Origin: Callorhinchus milii
Lineage: Eukaryota
Direction: 5' to 3'
DNA length: 64,000 bases
Assembly: GCF_018977255.1 (NCBI RefSeq)
Contig: NW_024704743.1
Coordinates: 32,800,001 to 32,864,000 of the forward strand
The notes beneath the pieces are model-generated. The model ran no database searches, was not told where the DNA came from, and was given only the letters and a program-made list of their open reading frames with translations. Positions 11,822 through 26,124 of the stretch are shown here, one piece after another (the stretch's first letter is position 1; each line of letters starts with the position of its first letter). The position numbers were made by a program, and so were the translations under genes.

Positions 11822-12675
11822 TCAAAGGGTTATAACTGTTCCATCCTCCTCTACGCCACCTCTGCTGATGGCCAGACTGTGTCTCGCCTCAGCCTTGATA
11901 GCACTCAATGTTTTAAGGATATTTCCATTGCTTTCTCTAACTGAACCATTGAGGGCCAGCTCCTTCTGCAGTCGCTGGCTTAGGTTTCCACTGTTTGTTC
12001 GAGAAGAGGTGTGAGGTGAAGATGGAAGTGTAACTGGAATGTGCTCTGGCTCACCACAACCCTCAATAATAATGTCAGGTTCCTCATCGCTTTCATCTTC
12101 AGGATTATAGTTCTGCACAATGTGGGCAGAAGGTAGACTGTGATGGCTGGCTGTACTGTCATTGGAGTGGCCAGAGCTACCAGACATTCGACTGCTACGT
12201 ATAACATTGTTCCTCTGGTTCACCGGCTTCACTGTGATAATGAGATTGTGACTGTTGGCAATCATCATGTCAGTCACTTGATCAAGTGTTTTTCCAGTCA
12301 CCTCAATGCCATTCACTTCTAAGACCTCATCATTAACTGCCAGGAGCCCTGTACTTTCGGCTAAGCCTGTTGGTACTAGGCGTGAGATAAAGATACCAGG
12401 AACCTTCTCCAGTCCATGGGGAGTCACCCTCACACTGGTGCCATCTCGAATATAAAATCCTAATGGTTTTTCACACCCATGTTTGTATAATCGGACTCTT
12501 CTGTGTGTTTCAGGAAGAATGTCCACATCAATGATGGAAGAAACGGGTCTGAAGTCTTGAGGAATACCAATGCTGATGTGAGATCTTTTACGGAGGGTGT
12601 CATTACGTAGTCCCACCAATGGTTTTTTCCTTCGTGTCAGTGAATTTGTGCCGAAGAGACTGTAGTCTACCTCTT
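11822..12675 (-). CDS. PARD6G: PARD6G coding exon 3: semi-CRIB, PDZ domain and C-terminal PDZ-binding motif (..GTVITL*)
   Basis: Part of ORF 11822..12718. The true acceptor is ctttttcag|AA at 12675/12676, and its phase matches exon 2 (G|AA = Glu). Motifs [17 protein letters not shown] (semi-CRIB) and [20 protein letters not shown] (PDZ) are present. [17 protein letters not shown] and RHSLA..GGVEE resemble the gamma paralogue. TGA is at 11822-11824. Confidence 0.96.
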
Positions 12676-15622
12676 CTGAAAAAGTAGTAAAAAAAACATT
12701 TAAAAAATGTTCTTCCATTCAATACAAAAAATCAGTAAAGTAGATGAAAAGAAAATCACAAGCATAAAAGTAATTTAGCAATTGTTTTAATATTTAGTAT
12801 ATTGAATGCACTCAGACACTGTAAACTGAAAGAAGTCTTTGAATCCCACCCTAATAATGGACATTTAGTGTGTGGATTTCCAATGCAGGTTAGGACATGC
12901 TAGTTTTTGTCTTAAAGCAAAACAAAATGTATTCTACTTACTGTCCGTGAAAGCCACAATTGAGAAGAAATGCAAGACCTTTCCCTATTTTTATATACTT
13001 TATCTTTAAGGACAACAACAACAAATTACATTTGTATAGCACCTTTCACGTCAGGAGGATGTCCAACATCGTTAGAGTGCCCCTTCTACCAATCTAGGTA
13101 CATTCAGTGTGCTAAATATTGAATAGACTGCTGAATTGACTCCAATATTGCATTTGAATATGCTGTATTACACATTAGGAACCTGACCTAAGGCGATACT
13201 TTTATTGCATAATGTCCCATCTTATAATCTACTCTGACTGGAACCAGATGAGTTACAGCACTGACTTACAGTAGTTGGTCCCAGTAGATGAGCTAGCATC
13301 ACCTTTGGCTTGGACAAGCTATAGTAAAATTAAAATTTTCAAGTTTAAAAGATTTGTCTGATCCACTCGATGTTAAGGTTTTAAACATTGTAAAGAGCTG
13401 CTGGGAGTGAATTCAGTTAAGATCAACTAAAATTAAAAATCTGTAGAGCTGCCAGCCCCATTGCTCAATTCGCAGGATCACACTGATGCCTACAGCACAA
13501 CAGTGGCATTAATCCACCCACATGCCTTCATTTTTAGGAGAAAATTCAAACACCAGCAAAAATTTCCAACTACAAATTTTCGTTACAATAAACTATTCAT
13601 ACTTCTCTAGGTTAAAATACATCTTAAACCACAAAATTGTGGCCCATTGCATGTCGCTTGTTCTGAGGTTTTCCTTTTAAACACATACATACACCACTGG
13701 AAACCACCGAAAAGGTATGATTCCAATTTAAATTTGAAAATAATAATATACTTTCCATTTACTTCCTGATTGAAAGTGCTCAGTCTGATAAATACACAAG
13801 ATTAGAGATTACCGGAACCCGGAAAATAGCGTTTATGCAAGTCATTTGCAGTGGAAAAAACATTTGGATAAAAAACGTCATTCATCAGAATTATCAGAAA
13901 TTCTGCAAGAGTTGGCGGTTTAGGAAATAAAATCGTTTGTGTGTGTGTGTGGGGAGGGGGGGATAAGCAGATAAGGGTGGCCTTCAGAAGGTAGCAGGGG
14001 TGTTTGGGAGAGAAGTTATGACCCTGAGAAACTGAAGTGGCAAAGCAGTGATGAGGAAAGGGAGAATGGGATCTCATGGTGAAAGACTAGTTGGTTATGT
14101 AGGAAACTACAGATGATACTAAAGTATCAGCAGATTAGTTTTAAACCAGGAAGAAATGGAGGCAATAAGCGCCTTCCTCACCCCATTATATATTGTTCCG
14201 ATTTATTAGTCAGTAATATTTCCAAAGTCATAACATTATCATAGATTAGAATGTAGCTTTAAAGCAGTCAATTTATAATTTATATATTGTTTCAATGATT
14301 CAGTGGCAAATTCAATGACTTAGGTTGAAGCTCTGGTCGGAATCCAGATTTACTACATTTACAATATTTGAAACAACGTGTTGATTATACAAAACAGGCA
14401 ATATTTTAAAACACTCCTTGCTTTTCATTTGACAATTTTCAATAAAAACAGGATAGTGTGTTGAAACAAATTTATTTTCCCAGTTGCTTTCTGAGATTTG
14501 TTCATATAAAAAAAATCCATAGGCTATTTCTTAATTATGGAAAACAAATTCTACAACTCCACCAGCTCCACATGTGGTTAATACACAGATGGTCGGTACA
14601 GGGCTGTTTGGCAGAAATAACATTACTTGGGCAGATAAGATTAAACAAACAAGCTGAATTCCACAGTGGTGCAAACTCATAGGATTGCATGAGATTCCAC
14701 TTCATCACTTGCTCTCTACTGTTTTGACTGACTCAATCCTCTGGGAATAGTGGAGTTAATCAACAGCACTTGAATACACTTCAAAGCAGAATTACTTCCA
14801 CCTTAAGATTGGCTGCTAATGCAGCTAAGGAATTATTGGATTATTTGGGAAGTTTTCACTCTGGAAAAGGGAGGAAAACAAACACACAAAATTGTTTTCC
14901 TCCATTTTAGGCTAATCATTTGCGACATAATTGCATTGGGATAAACTTTCGGCAGCATAAGTCTGTTGGAACCTTTGAAACTTAAGCAATACTAACAGTT
15001 TAATATTTTGCAGGGGCAAAAATAAACTAAAAAACCTTTCCCAACATTGCCAGCTCAAACACATTAAGGTACAACATACAAATTATAACCATATGCCAGT
15101 AACTGGGATAGGTTGCCACCTTGTACAAAGCTGTAAAATCTTACTGGAGCTTTGAAGTATTTATCCTCCCAACAATTTATTTTTAAATCTGCCCTTTTAA
15201 TCTTGAATGTGAAGGTTAAGTCCCTTTAGCCAATTCTAGTTTCCACTCTTATCGCTCCAATTCCCAAGGGAACTGTATCACTCTCTTTCCCCACCCGATC
15301 CAATGTACTCACTGTTGAAAAAGGAATTTTATTGAAGTATCCTTAATAATATACATATATATATATTTTAAATCTTCCTCTACTCTCCTGAAGGCAGTGT
15401 TTTGACTAAATCAAAGGGAATGAAATTGGAACCTGAGACTTCTGCAGATCAATATTTCACCATACAACACATTTATCCACAGGCACGTGGAGTGTTAACA
15501 CCAGCACATATGATTGGGCTGAATGGCCTGTTTCTGTGCTGTACAGTCTATGTAAATCTACGTCAGAAGGCAGTGTAGACCACCCCAGCAAAGCTCAATC
15601 TGGTCTCATATGATGTCTGCAC

Positions 15623-15971
15623 ATAATAATAATCCTTGCATTTGATGTAGCGCCTTATCACGTCTTTGAGTCATCTCAAAGCGCTTCACAGAATATACTG
15701 TGAAGTGAATTGACTGTATATTTTGTGGGTGAAACGCGGCAGCCAAATGCGCACAGCAGTGTCCCAAAGTGTTGTGGATTGAAGTGACCAATTTTTTTAA
15801 AAGAATTATTACCCCCGGAAAAGCAATGCTCCAATTGACTAAAAACCGGGTTCCTGCTTACTGCTAGGTAAACGGAGCCGTGTGGAGTAAGGAAACTTGG
15901 CCAAATTTTCGCCCTGCTGGAATTGAAACCAGGTCCTCTCGCTTGCTCTAACCACTGAGCTACAGGACTCC
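15623..15971 (-). mobile_element. CORE-type SINE, full length
   Basis: Head, core and tail are all present in reverse complement. Confidence 0.92.
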
Positions 15972-16689
15972 GTGTGTATACTTTCAGCTTAGATCACAAG
16001 ATAGCTTCTACGCATGGGAAACCTTAGATATTTCACTTTTCTAAGCTGAGGGTGACTGTACGACCACCTTCCATCAACCCAGCTGAGATTGGCCAGCTCA
16101 GGAAACAATGCAGCTCTATATAGTTCAGCAAAGGTACAGTGCATTTACCAACTCAGCCACAATGGGAGCTCCTAAAATAACATTGTTTTGAACACAGATT
16201 GAATTATAACTATGCCCTGTCCTTTCTGAGATTGACGAGCTTAAAATAGTGTAATAGCATTTTATTAATTTTTATATCAATTACGGGGTACAGATTGAAT
16301 ATATTTTTCAATGAATCAGTTGCAAAGTGTATTCATACACGGAACACACTTTTTTCTAGCTCCATTCAGTCCCCAGAACACTTGGTAGATGTTAGTCATT
16401 TAATTCAGTGCCAGTATGCATCTCTAGCTCTAAGACAAACTGGCACTTCAAATACATTTTTGATAACCCAGCAGTTTGGGGATGAACTGAAGTGAGTAAG
16501 TGTTTATTACTTGCTGCATGGCCAAATGCCAGCGTAGATAACATCTACAATTGAGAACATTAGGAAGCTAGAAATTTAGGCCAGTTCCATTTTGGGGGCT
16601 AGATCTATGCTCAATTTGTAATTTTAATTCTGAGCAGGATATTTGAGGTGGAAACAAAATCTGGAGCAAGAAGCCAACTCACAATAAAA

Positions 16690-16990
16690 ACATGCGAGGT
16701 ACAAAATTACCACGGAAGGGTGTACATCAACTAAACTCTAACAGCGTTAACATAGTCAAAACTGAAAAGTACAGATGTAAGATCAGTAGAGAGAAGGTAA
16801 TCAGAAGATTAGATTTAATTACTTATATACTGCATAGAAAGAATTATCGAGGGAGAGAGTGGAGGCAGATGTGCCATCAAACTCAAGAGGGATTTAGATA
16901 GCTACTTGAGGAAGAAATCAATTGATGGTATGAGAAATTAGACATTATTAAACTTTAGCCAGATGAAGCACTATTTTTCTGTTCCCAAGA
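16690..16990 (+). mobile_element. Degraded CR1 LINE 3' fragment
   Basis: Weak similarity to the CR1 3' ends at 20840 and 47310 (tcaagagggatttagatagctacttg). Confidence 0.5.
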
Positions 16991-18559
16991 AATTTATAAT
17001 TTTGCGTAACATTGTTTTTAAACAGAAAATGGTAAGTCTTTGAATAGAGAATCTGTTATTCATCTATTTGAAATACTAACAGAAAGTCTTCTGAGAAAGT
17101 GGGGTGAGGGAGGGGGGGGGGGGGGGGGCGGGAGTGGGGGAAATAGACAGAAAGAGAGGGAAGGGAATACATACGAATCATCAAATTGTAATCATTTTCA
17201 ACTATGTGTACCCATTCTGTTGATCATTTTACATGGTACACTGTCGAACAAAACAGGGTGTAGTGAACATTCAGGGAGCTGCTATTAAAGGCTTTGTGCT
17301 TTAATCTTCTTTCTTTAAAAGAGACAACATATCAGTGCCCTCTTCCTTTTACCCTAAAGAAAAGCTTTTTAATCAATATTTATCATTTTCATTTCTTCCT
17401 ACATGGAAAATTTTACATTACTAATAAGTTTCTATCCAAAAACATGTTTTATATTACACTTTTATCTCACAGCAGAGTCAGTTTTTTAACCCTTTTCACT
17501 ATACATTTTCATCTCTGGTGAAAGCTGATCAATAAACTATTTTCTTAAAAAAACCCTGAATTTTCCAACTTTTTTGGCTTCCAGGAAACACACATCCCAA
17601 GCCTGTTAATTGATGCGCACATTTTGCCTTACAGGTGATTGTGCAGATGATCTGAGAGCAGCAGTATGGATCTAACTTCAGTGATCGTTTCTTGACACTC
17701 AAATGTGTTACTTAGTACCAGAAAGAGTTGCATTTGCTACCGTTTAAGAGTGAAGAAATTGTTTGGAAGTCTGTAGTGAACATTTTTGTGATGCTCCTTG
17801 AGTGAATACCTTTAACACGGGCAAAACATTTTTTTTTAACTGATTTTCACCAAATGAAACTGGATTTTTTTGCATCGAAAATCTTTTCCCTCTTCCATAT
17901 TGCTTTTCTCAAATGAAAAATAATCAATTTTTTCACTGTGAATCATACATCAATAGTTGAGCAATTGGTTTCTCGGTAAGACCCCTCACTTCCCCAAGGG
18001 CATTATGGTGGACTGTATGTAATCCCATCATTGCTACAGAGTGAATTCACGCTGGATCCTACTTCACAATTTTATAAAGTACTGTATTTCATAATTTTAC
18101 TAGAAAGCCAAGTAAATTATAAAATCCATCCAAGGCATGACATTATCTTTCTTTAATTATCATCTTTCAAAAGCTGGTCAGCTGGATTCCAGTTGTGTCT
18201 ACCCAAATGACTTTCATGCCCTCATTCAAAATGGTTGAAAAGCAATTTTTCTACAAAACTGGGGAAGGCCTGCAGTTACTGGTTAGGGCATTTTGCTAAA
18301 GATAGGAAGACAATTTCAATCAGCCTACAATTAGTAGAAATTAACTTGTCAATCCCAGCCAGTAAACTGTTATTTTGGGGTTTTCAGTGAAATTGCTTTG
18401 CATCCATAGATTTTTAAAAACATAAGGTCTAGTGTTTCGGGTTGTTACTATATGTTCAATATGATATTTTGACTTTATAACCTAGAACAGTTAATTTATA
18501 AACATATGGTTAGCACAGTATTAATGTTAAATGTAAGCAGGCTGAAACTTTAATACTTT

Positions 18560-18845
18560 TAGTGCTGGGCAGTGCTGCATTATCAGATGTTAGAACAAGA
18601 TCCTATCTGCCTGTTCAGGTGGATGTTAATAAGCCGATGACACTAATAGAAAAAATGGAAGCAATATCCCCAGCCGCCTGACCAACAATCATCCAGATAA
18701 TTTGGTCATTCATTTCATATAGTTTGTTGCATCGGTTATGTACAAATTGGATGTTGCATTTGCTCAAATACAGTCACTACACTGACAGCAATTACCTACA
18801 AAACACTTTGAGATATTGATATTATAGATCCCCAATCAAATGCAA
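18560..18845 (+). mobile_element. Degenerate Deu-domain SINE
   Basis: tcctatctgcctgttcaggtggatgttaa matches the other Deu copies. Confidence 0.65.
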
Positions 18846-19914
18846 CAAATCAATTTAGTTCTCAGAAGTAAACTATTTATCCTCAATAGCTTCATTTTAA
18901 TAATATTTGGGGTTATTCCTAGGTATGGTATCTAGAAACTTTATAAATTAGTCAAGTATTATGGCCCAGATTTTTTTCTAATATTTTTTATATTAAAAAT
19001 GCTAACATAAACCCAGCATCTTCCTCTGAAATGTTTACAGCTTAATTTATGTTACTCTTAGAAGTTTGTGTCAAGATGAAGTTGGCCCAACACTTTCAGA
19101 CTTCGGCATTATGTTGTTGTAAGGCCATCAATTCAGACGTTAAACATTTCTTAATGTAGTGAATGTACCAGTGTACAATATCAAATACATGATCCTGGAA
19201 GTATCTTATGGACACAAAATACAATAACTCAATCAGATAGGTTTGGAGTATGAAACTATTTTGTAGTTTTGCTACAAAACATCAGAATTATAACCTAAAT
19301 TGGGAAACGGGTGTAAGATTTGATTGCTCCTCCAAACTCTTCCTCCTGCAAACAATCCACAGTAATCGGGGCTTCAACTATTATTTTGAAATGGATTGGG
19401 ACTCCTTGTTTTTGCAATAGTTGCTTCTAAATACACATTTATATAGTACCTTTCACATTAGGACATCTATACTTTGGTTGGGCATCCTGAACTGGGTATG
19501 GGCAACGAAGTGGGTAAGGAAGGGAAAGATGACCAAAAGCATCAGAGTATTTTACAGTAATTATAGGCAGTAATTGGGGCTCCACAAAACTCAACCTATA
19601 ACTAGGCAGGATCCCTGATCAGCATGCACATTTTGACTTCACCCATCAAAACACAACCTGATCTGCTGGCAATAGTAGGTTTGAATGCGCTTTGCAACAA
19701 TATACAATCTTATCCACTTGTGCTACAAAGTTGGTTGTACATTGCATTATGTGCAACCAAACCCATTATCATGAGCAGATTGATTTAATTTGTGCATTCG
19801 CAATGCAGGAAGCATTGGTCCGCAAGGATACATCTGCCTCACAAATGAACCAGATTCACACCAAAAAAATTTTCAATGAAGTTCCACACTTTTTTTGAAA
19901 TAGAAGTTTACACA

Positions 19915-20740
19915 CAACAATCCTTTGAGTTAGAAAGTTGTGGGTTCAAGACCCATGTCATGAGTTTATAATAATAATCCTTACATTTGGTATAGCACCT
20001 TTCACCTGAGGACAACACCCCAAAGCACTCCATAGGATACTGCAGTGATTGTGTTTTGTGGATGAGCGCATTATCGAGGCGTTGCTCCAATATGGTGGTG
20101 CGGGAGTACTGAGATACTGCCTACTGTTTAAGTGGATGTAAAAAAAAAACTAACTGCTCTTTGAAAAGAGAAGCGGTTTCTCCTCCTGTCCTGGCTAACA
20201 ATCTCCTAAATAAAATTGGTCATTCACTATATGGCTATTTGTAGGACAATGCTGTGCACAAATCGGCTGCTGTATGTGCCAACAAAATACAGTCACTTTA
20301 CCTTATATCCTGGAATCTCTTTGAGACGACTCAATCACATGATAATAATAGTTACATTTGGTATATCTTCTTTCATAGGATTTACTACAAAGTGTAGTGA
20401 CTGTGTGTATTTTGTGGGTGAATGCGACATCCAATTGTGTGCACAGCAATGTCCCACAAATAGCCACAAAGTAAGTGGGATTTGGGGGGATTCTTGGCCA
20501 GGACACCGGGAGAAACTCCCTTCTCTTTTCAAATAGTGCCATGGGATCTTTAATGCCCCCTGATCAGGCAGATGGGGCTTGGTAGAACATCTCACCCGAA
20601 AGATGGCACCTACCAACAATGCAGCAAAGCCCGAGTCCTGCATTGGAGTGTTAGCCGAGATTATGAGAGTTCAAAGCATCAATGTGGGGCTTGAACCCAC
20701 AGCCTGACTTGGAAGCGAGAGTGTTAACTGAGCCAGGCTG
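19915..20740. mobile_element. Cluster of Deu-domain SINEs: a plus copy interrupted by a minus SINE tail, followed tail-to-tail by a minus copy at ~20350-20740
   Basis: gtgccatgggatctttaatg..catctcacccgaaagatggcacc is the reverse complement of the Deu core. Confidence 0.8.
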
Positions 20741-20839
20741 TATGAGTGTTTATTTAAAAAGTTGTATAAGATTCATCCGAGGAACTGCTTTGAGACATCC
20801 TCCTGATATGAATGGCGCTAAATCAAATGCAAGTATCAT

Positions 20840-21210
20840 CATGACAGGCTAGATAATGAAAAGCTGTTTCCGCTGGTAGGTGTGTCTGTGACCCGTGGTC
20901 ACAGTGTTAAGATATCTGCCAAAAGAAGCAGAGGGGAGGTTAGAAGAAATCTTTTCACTCAGCGAGTTGTTCGAATTTGGAATGATCTGCCTGAAAGGGT
21001 AGTGAAGTCCGATTCGATAACAGCTTTTAAGAGAGAACTGGATAGGTATCTGGGGAAGATGGGTTTGAAGGGTTATGGGGAGAAAGCTGGCGATTGGGGT
21101 TAGTGAAAGTGACTTGCTCTGTCAAAGAGCCAGCACAGAAAAAAAACTCGATGGGCCGAATGGCCTCCTTCTGTGCTGTAACATTCTATGAAAATCTATG
21201 AATCTATGAT
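20840..21210 (+). mobile_element. CR1 LINE 3' end
   Basis: ORF2 C-terminus TRGHSVKI..FTQRVVRIWNDLP..FKRELDRYL, followed by ATTCTATG-like tail repeats. Confidence 0.93.
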
Positions 21211-22424
21211 TATATCATTAAGCCATGAATGTTACAATACAGTATATATACACATTTCACAAATGCCATTGGCAATTCACCAAAACTTATTAATGAAATT
21301 ATTCTCCCAAGCTTTCCGAGGCTGGACTATAGGGCAAGACGTGTCAGCACTGGGCCTCAGCCTCTCAACAACAACAAAATTACGTTTATATTTACCACCC
21401 TCCAATTCTGTCTGAAATCAATGGAGCTGCTCTCAACCATCAAGAGACTTTCAAAGAAGCTGAGTTTCCACACAAATAAAATTCGGAGGGGGGGAGGGTG
21501 GGGGGAGAGAGACATGAGATATTACTCAGAATTTCCAAGCTGTGGATCTTACCTATACCACACAATTAAAAATAATGAAGTATAATAGCACAGACTCAAG
21601 CCGGTTTAACCATTTTAATATCAGCGTTTTTCTACTGTTTTGCAACATTGGCACAGGTTTCAAACCTTGAGCCCACGCTGTTAATAGAGAACACGTGTGA
21701 AGAGGAGAAAATACTTTATAAAATATTCCTCCGTTAGACATTCTCATACTAAACAGCTGAAAACAGTTTTAACCAATGGGTTGCTTTGCATTAGGGACCT
21801 GACATTTCAGCTCAGGAAGTCATTTGAATTGTTCAGTTGCTTAAGAACAGTTTTACTGTTGGATCAAGAATCATGTATGGAATCAGTGCAAACTAGTTGA
21901 GTTTTTTTATTGATTGAATTGCCCCTGGTATGCATTTATCAAATCTAAGTGCATATGCAACTTCTCTCGTCTATCATCTATTAATCCAGTACTCAATATT
22001 TCTCTTTAGCTACATCATCGGCCTGCCTTTCTTCATCTCTGAAGTAGTTTGTTTGTAACTCAACACATGAGCTGCCACAAATGAATGCTTTAATCATGCA
22101 CTCAATAGAAATAAATTTTTGATAACATAGGTTAATAGTAGTGTTGTGCCACAAAAAAGCTGCATATATATTGTGGCGCTCAAGTAAGCCAACATCTCTA
22201 AGCGTGTTACAGAGATAGGGTTGCAAACCAAGCAAAGGAAAAAGTGGATATAGGCGCATTAGAAGAGGTAGGATTTGAGGCTGGCCACTAATTTGGGGGA
22301 CTGAAAGTGTGGCCATTTCTTTAAAACTTTCATCTCTGTTGCCTATTTTATTTTTATCTATAACTCTCACAGCCACAATCTTACTTTTAGTTGTGTGAAG
22401 TAGGGAAGCTCCATAGCTTGGTGT

Positions 22425-22792
22425 CATCCTGGCTCTGTTGAGAGGACTCTTGCCTCTGATCCAGAAGGTTGTTGGTTCAAGTCCAACATCAGGACTTGGA
22501 GCTCGGTCGAGACTGATGCTCCAATGGAACCCCGGGGGAATGTTGCCGTTGTTTGGATGAGATGTTAAACCGAGGCTCCAATCAACCTATCCTTGTGACA
22601 TTAAAGATCCCGTGGCACGATTCAAAAACAGAAAAGTGCTTTTCTCAGGGAGCTCAAAATTCCCCAGATAAAACTGATCATTCACTTTAAGACTGTGGGA
22701 CATTGCTCCGTGCAAATTGGCTACCTCATTTGCAACAAAATACAGTAACATGTTACAGTAATTCCCGACATATATCAGATGCAAGGATTATT
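22425..22792 (+). mobile_element. Deu-domain SINE
   Basis: tRNA-like head and the core ggatgagatgttaaaccgagg..cattaaagatcccgtggcac. Confidence 0.85.
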
Positions 22793-22867
22793 ACACCAGT
22801 CTGTCAAATCCTCAACATAATACAACTCTCAAAGTACAGTATTGCTGTACTTGTAGATGTTCATATC

Positions 22868-23075
22868 AACAAACAAGTATTGCATTTATACAGAGCCTTT
22901 CACTTCAGGAGGATGTCCCAATACACTGGACAGCTTGTACCCAATCTGGGGGTTGGATTCGGGGGAGAGGGGTGGGGACCAAGGGGGAAAAATGACAGAA
23001 AGATGACAGTCAAAGAGGAAGGTCTTGAGACAGACCTTGAAGGATGCAAGGGAAGGATCTTGTGATAGATCTTGA
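22868..23075 (-). mobile_element. L2 3' end fragment
   Basis: SFKVCLKTFLFD frame and L2 tail. Confidence 0.75.
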
Positions 23076-23819
23076 AGAATGTGAGGGAAGACTACCCTAA
23101 GGGAGAATGAGTCTCCCTTTCTATCAGGTAGCAGGAGATTTCCTGATGGAACTGTCCCTGAGAACACCAAAGCAAACAGAGCACTGCAGATTCTTTTTTT
23201 GATGCAGTGAGTTTTGATGAGGAGGGAATACAAGCTAAAATAAAAATAATTGGGAGGTCAACCTAAGAATCTGACATGAGGGTTAGGGCTATGAGAAATC
23301 TACAACTTGCCAATTGGTTTCAGAACAATTTCTACCATGCTTTTATGTAGGAATTAGACTCAAATTCACCAGTGATTTGTTTCCAATACAATTCCTTCTG
23401 GACACTGTTGTTCTAGTTTAAGAAAACAAACACCTTCCTAGATAAGTAATGCTAATGTAGAATAATTACTAATTCACATGCACTCTTGGACCCAACCCAC
23501 ATTTTTAAATAGGAATGAAAAGTTTTGCCCTCACAAAAAGAAGACAATATAGAATGTGAAATTAGGAATTGATGCTTTCTGTTGAAGGCAATTTACTTCA
23601 CCTGCAAGTGATTGAATGTTTCCTTTAGTTCTTTAAACTGGTCAGTGATTCAGAAAACTGATTTTTCTATGAGAGAAAGCCATCTTTATAAAACAAATCA
23701 ACAGCTGCAGCCTTTTCAATTCAAGTCCTAACATGTTAGCATACTTCGTGCCATTACTTGTTTTACCACAAAAAGTCATACAAGTGAGACCTTTTAGCAA
23801 TACAGCATTTATTTTTCAG

Positions 23820-24285
23820 TGTTGGCTCAGTTAATCGTACTCTCACATCCAAGTCAGAAGTTTGGGACTTGGAACTCTGTAAGTCTAATCTGACACTCCA
23901 ATACAACGATAGGGGAGCTGCATTGCTGGAGGCGCTGTCCTTCAGATGAGATCTTAAACCAAGGAACCATCTGCCTGATCAGGTGGACATTAAAGATCCC
24001 AAGGTTCTATTTGAAAAGAGTTTCTTGTGGTATCATGGCCAACAATCCCTTCATAATAAAATTGGTCATTCACTTCATGGCTGTTTGTGGTACATTGCTG
24101 TGTGCAAGTTGGCTACCATGTTTACCCACAAAACCCAGTCACTCCACTTTATAGTATACTTTACAGTGTCTTGGGACATCTTCCCGACATGAAAGGCACT
24201 ATACAAATGTAATTTTCCTGTGAAGCAGTTTGGGGCATTCTCTTGACATAAGAGGTGTATATCAGATGTAAGGATTATAATTATT
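23820..24285 (+). mobile_element. Deu-domain SINE with extra L2-type tail segments
   Basis: ggaggcgctgtccttcagatgaga..ggacattaaagatccc. Confidence 0.85.
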
Positions 24286-26124
24286 TTGAAAGATTATAAA
24301 CAACCTTGTCTTCTTCAATGGGGCACACATCTGCTACTAGCAGAGGAAGATCCTGATACTAACAGCCACGTCTGTCCTTTCTGTGGGGCATGGAAACCAG
24401 ATAGGCCGTGCAAGGCCACAAATGGAGAGAGACTTAGCTAAAAATTCATGACAAGCCTTTCTGCTCTGGCAGAACTATATAAATTTACAGCACAGGCAGC
24501 CATTTGGCCTATCAAAGAGAATCCATTCAGTGCTGTTTTCCTGCCTTTTCTCTCATACATCTCCAAACTTCATTTTCGATATCTATCTGGTTCTTTCTTG
24601 TAGGCTAACATAGGCGTATGATCTTCTCGAGTTGAGAAAAAAAAGGACATGGGTAGACAGAAACATCTCTCCCTTCTTTCAGGCAGACTTGTATGTGGTG
24701 ATACAACCAAAACAGTTGTTAGCAATAGAACAATAACTGTTTACCCCAAGTACTAGAAACTACCTGGACCAAGTGGCTGGATCTTCCATTCAGTAAATTA
24801 ATGCAATGTTTTTTATATTCACCCTGGCTGGTAAATGGTCCATGTACTAATAGACAATTAGTGCTATATCAAGACAGAGCAGGGCTTGCCTACCATGTTA
24901 GTATGCCAAACCAATTGGATGTGCTCAAATATGTACCGATTTGCCCTGAATTTGTCAAATTAGTTTAGAGCTAGCTGTACCATTCAATGTTTGAACCTGA
25001 CGATTGAAATCAGTCAGCTTCCACTAGCTTTGACTTTTGAAGATGAGCTGAAGAGGGTTGCCATTATCAACATTTGTACAGATGTTCATGCAGCTGGTTA
25101 GTTCCAGAACCCAGCTGTGACAAAAGGTGCCAAGTGTGAAGCAGTTTGAACTACAGGCATCTTATGAATAGTCTTGCACTTATAAGTACAAAAATGGTTG
25201 TCACCATCAAACTGAGAAGACAAAGGTAATGTTCTGTTGCAATCTGACTCCCTTCTGAATCTCCGGAGGATTATGAATCAATCTGAGGGGTAGATTTTGT
25301 CCATTAATGTCCAAACAAGCACCTTTGAGCACCATTCCCTGCTTTGGTTCCAGCTCAGACCTCTTTTCATTGATGACGCCACATTCGTGGAATGTACTGA
25401 GTCTGCTCTAGAGATAAGCAATGTGGGAGCACTGCTGAACATCTTCACCGCGCAGGGGAAAAAAAAAATCAAATGGACAAGGCAGCAAGGCACTCATTAT
25501 ATATCATGTGGGAATGGAAAGGATCATATAATCCCTTACGTCAGTATGTCACAATTCCATTTACCAGAAGGGGAGCCCATTTGCACAACTCTGATTACTT
25601 GTTAAGGAACTCCTTGCAGAAATACCACTAATTAGACCATTATTTTTCCACAATCTTTTTTTTTAAAAACCATACTAAAAGTACTCACAAATCTCAAAAC
25701 AATGTGTGAAATGAAGAAAATATTCCTCATAAAATAGTTATTTCAACACCACAGTAGAGATGGGAGACTTCAGATCAGGTTATGGAGAAGAGTAGTATTC
25801 TGCTGACATCCCTATAGGGTCCTCTAATTTGTAGCTCCTTTCAAACAATGGAGGTTTTCCAGATTTATTCCAGATTCAGATTCATAGCCATAAAAAAAAT
25901 CTGCCCCAGCAACACTTTGCTTGTGATTTAATCCTGCATTATATTAATATGTTATTCTATATTATAGAACAGTTTCTAGAATCTTAAGGCTGTTGTTGCT
26001 GCTGGTTTAAGCAGTTTCGCAGCGTTCTGGGACTTCTTTCCGAAGTGAAGGGCGCTATACAAGTGTAACTTGTTGCTGCTGCTGCTGAGTAACTCAGTGG
26101 ATTTGGTGGGCAAGATGAACAACT

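Noticed and set aside
12676..12718. N-terminal [14 protein letters not shown] of the 298-aa ORF as a start
   Set aside because: It is the intronic polypyrimidine tract before the exon 3 acceptor. The real N-terminus comes from exons 1 and 2.
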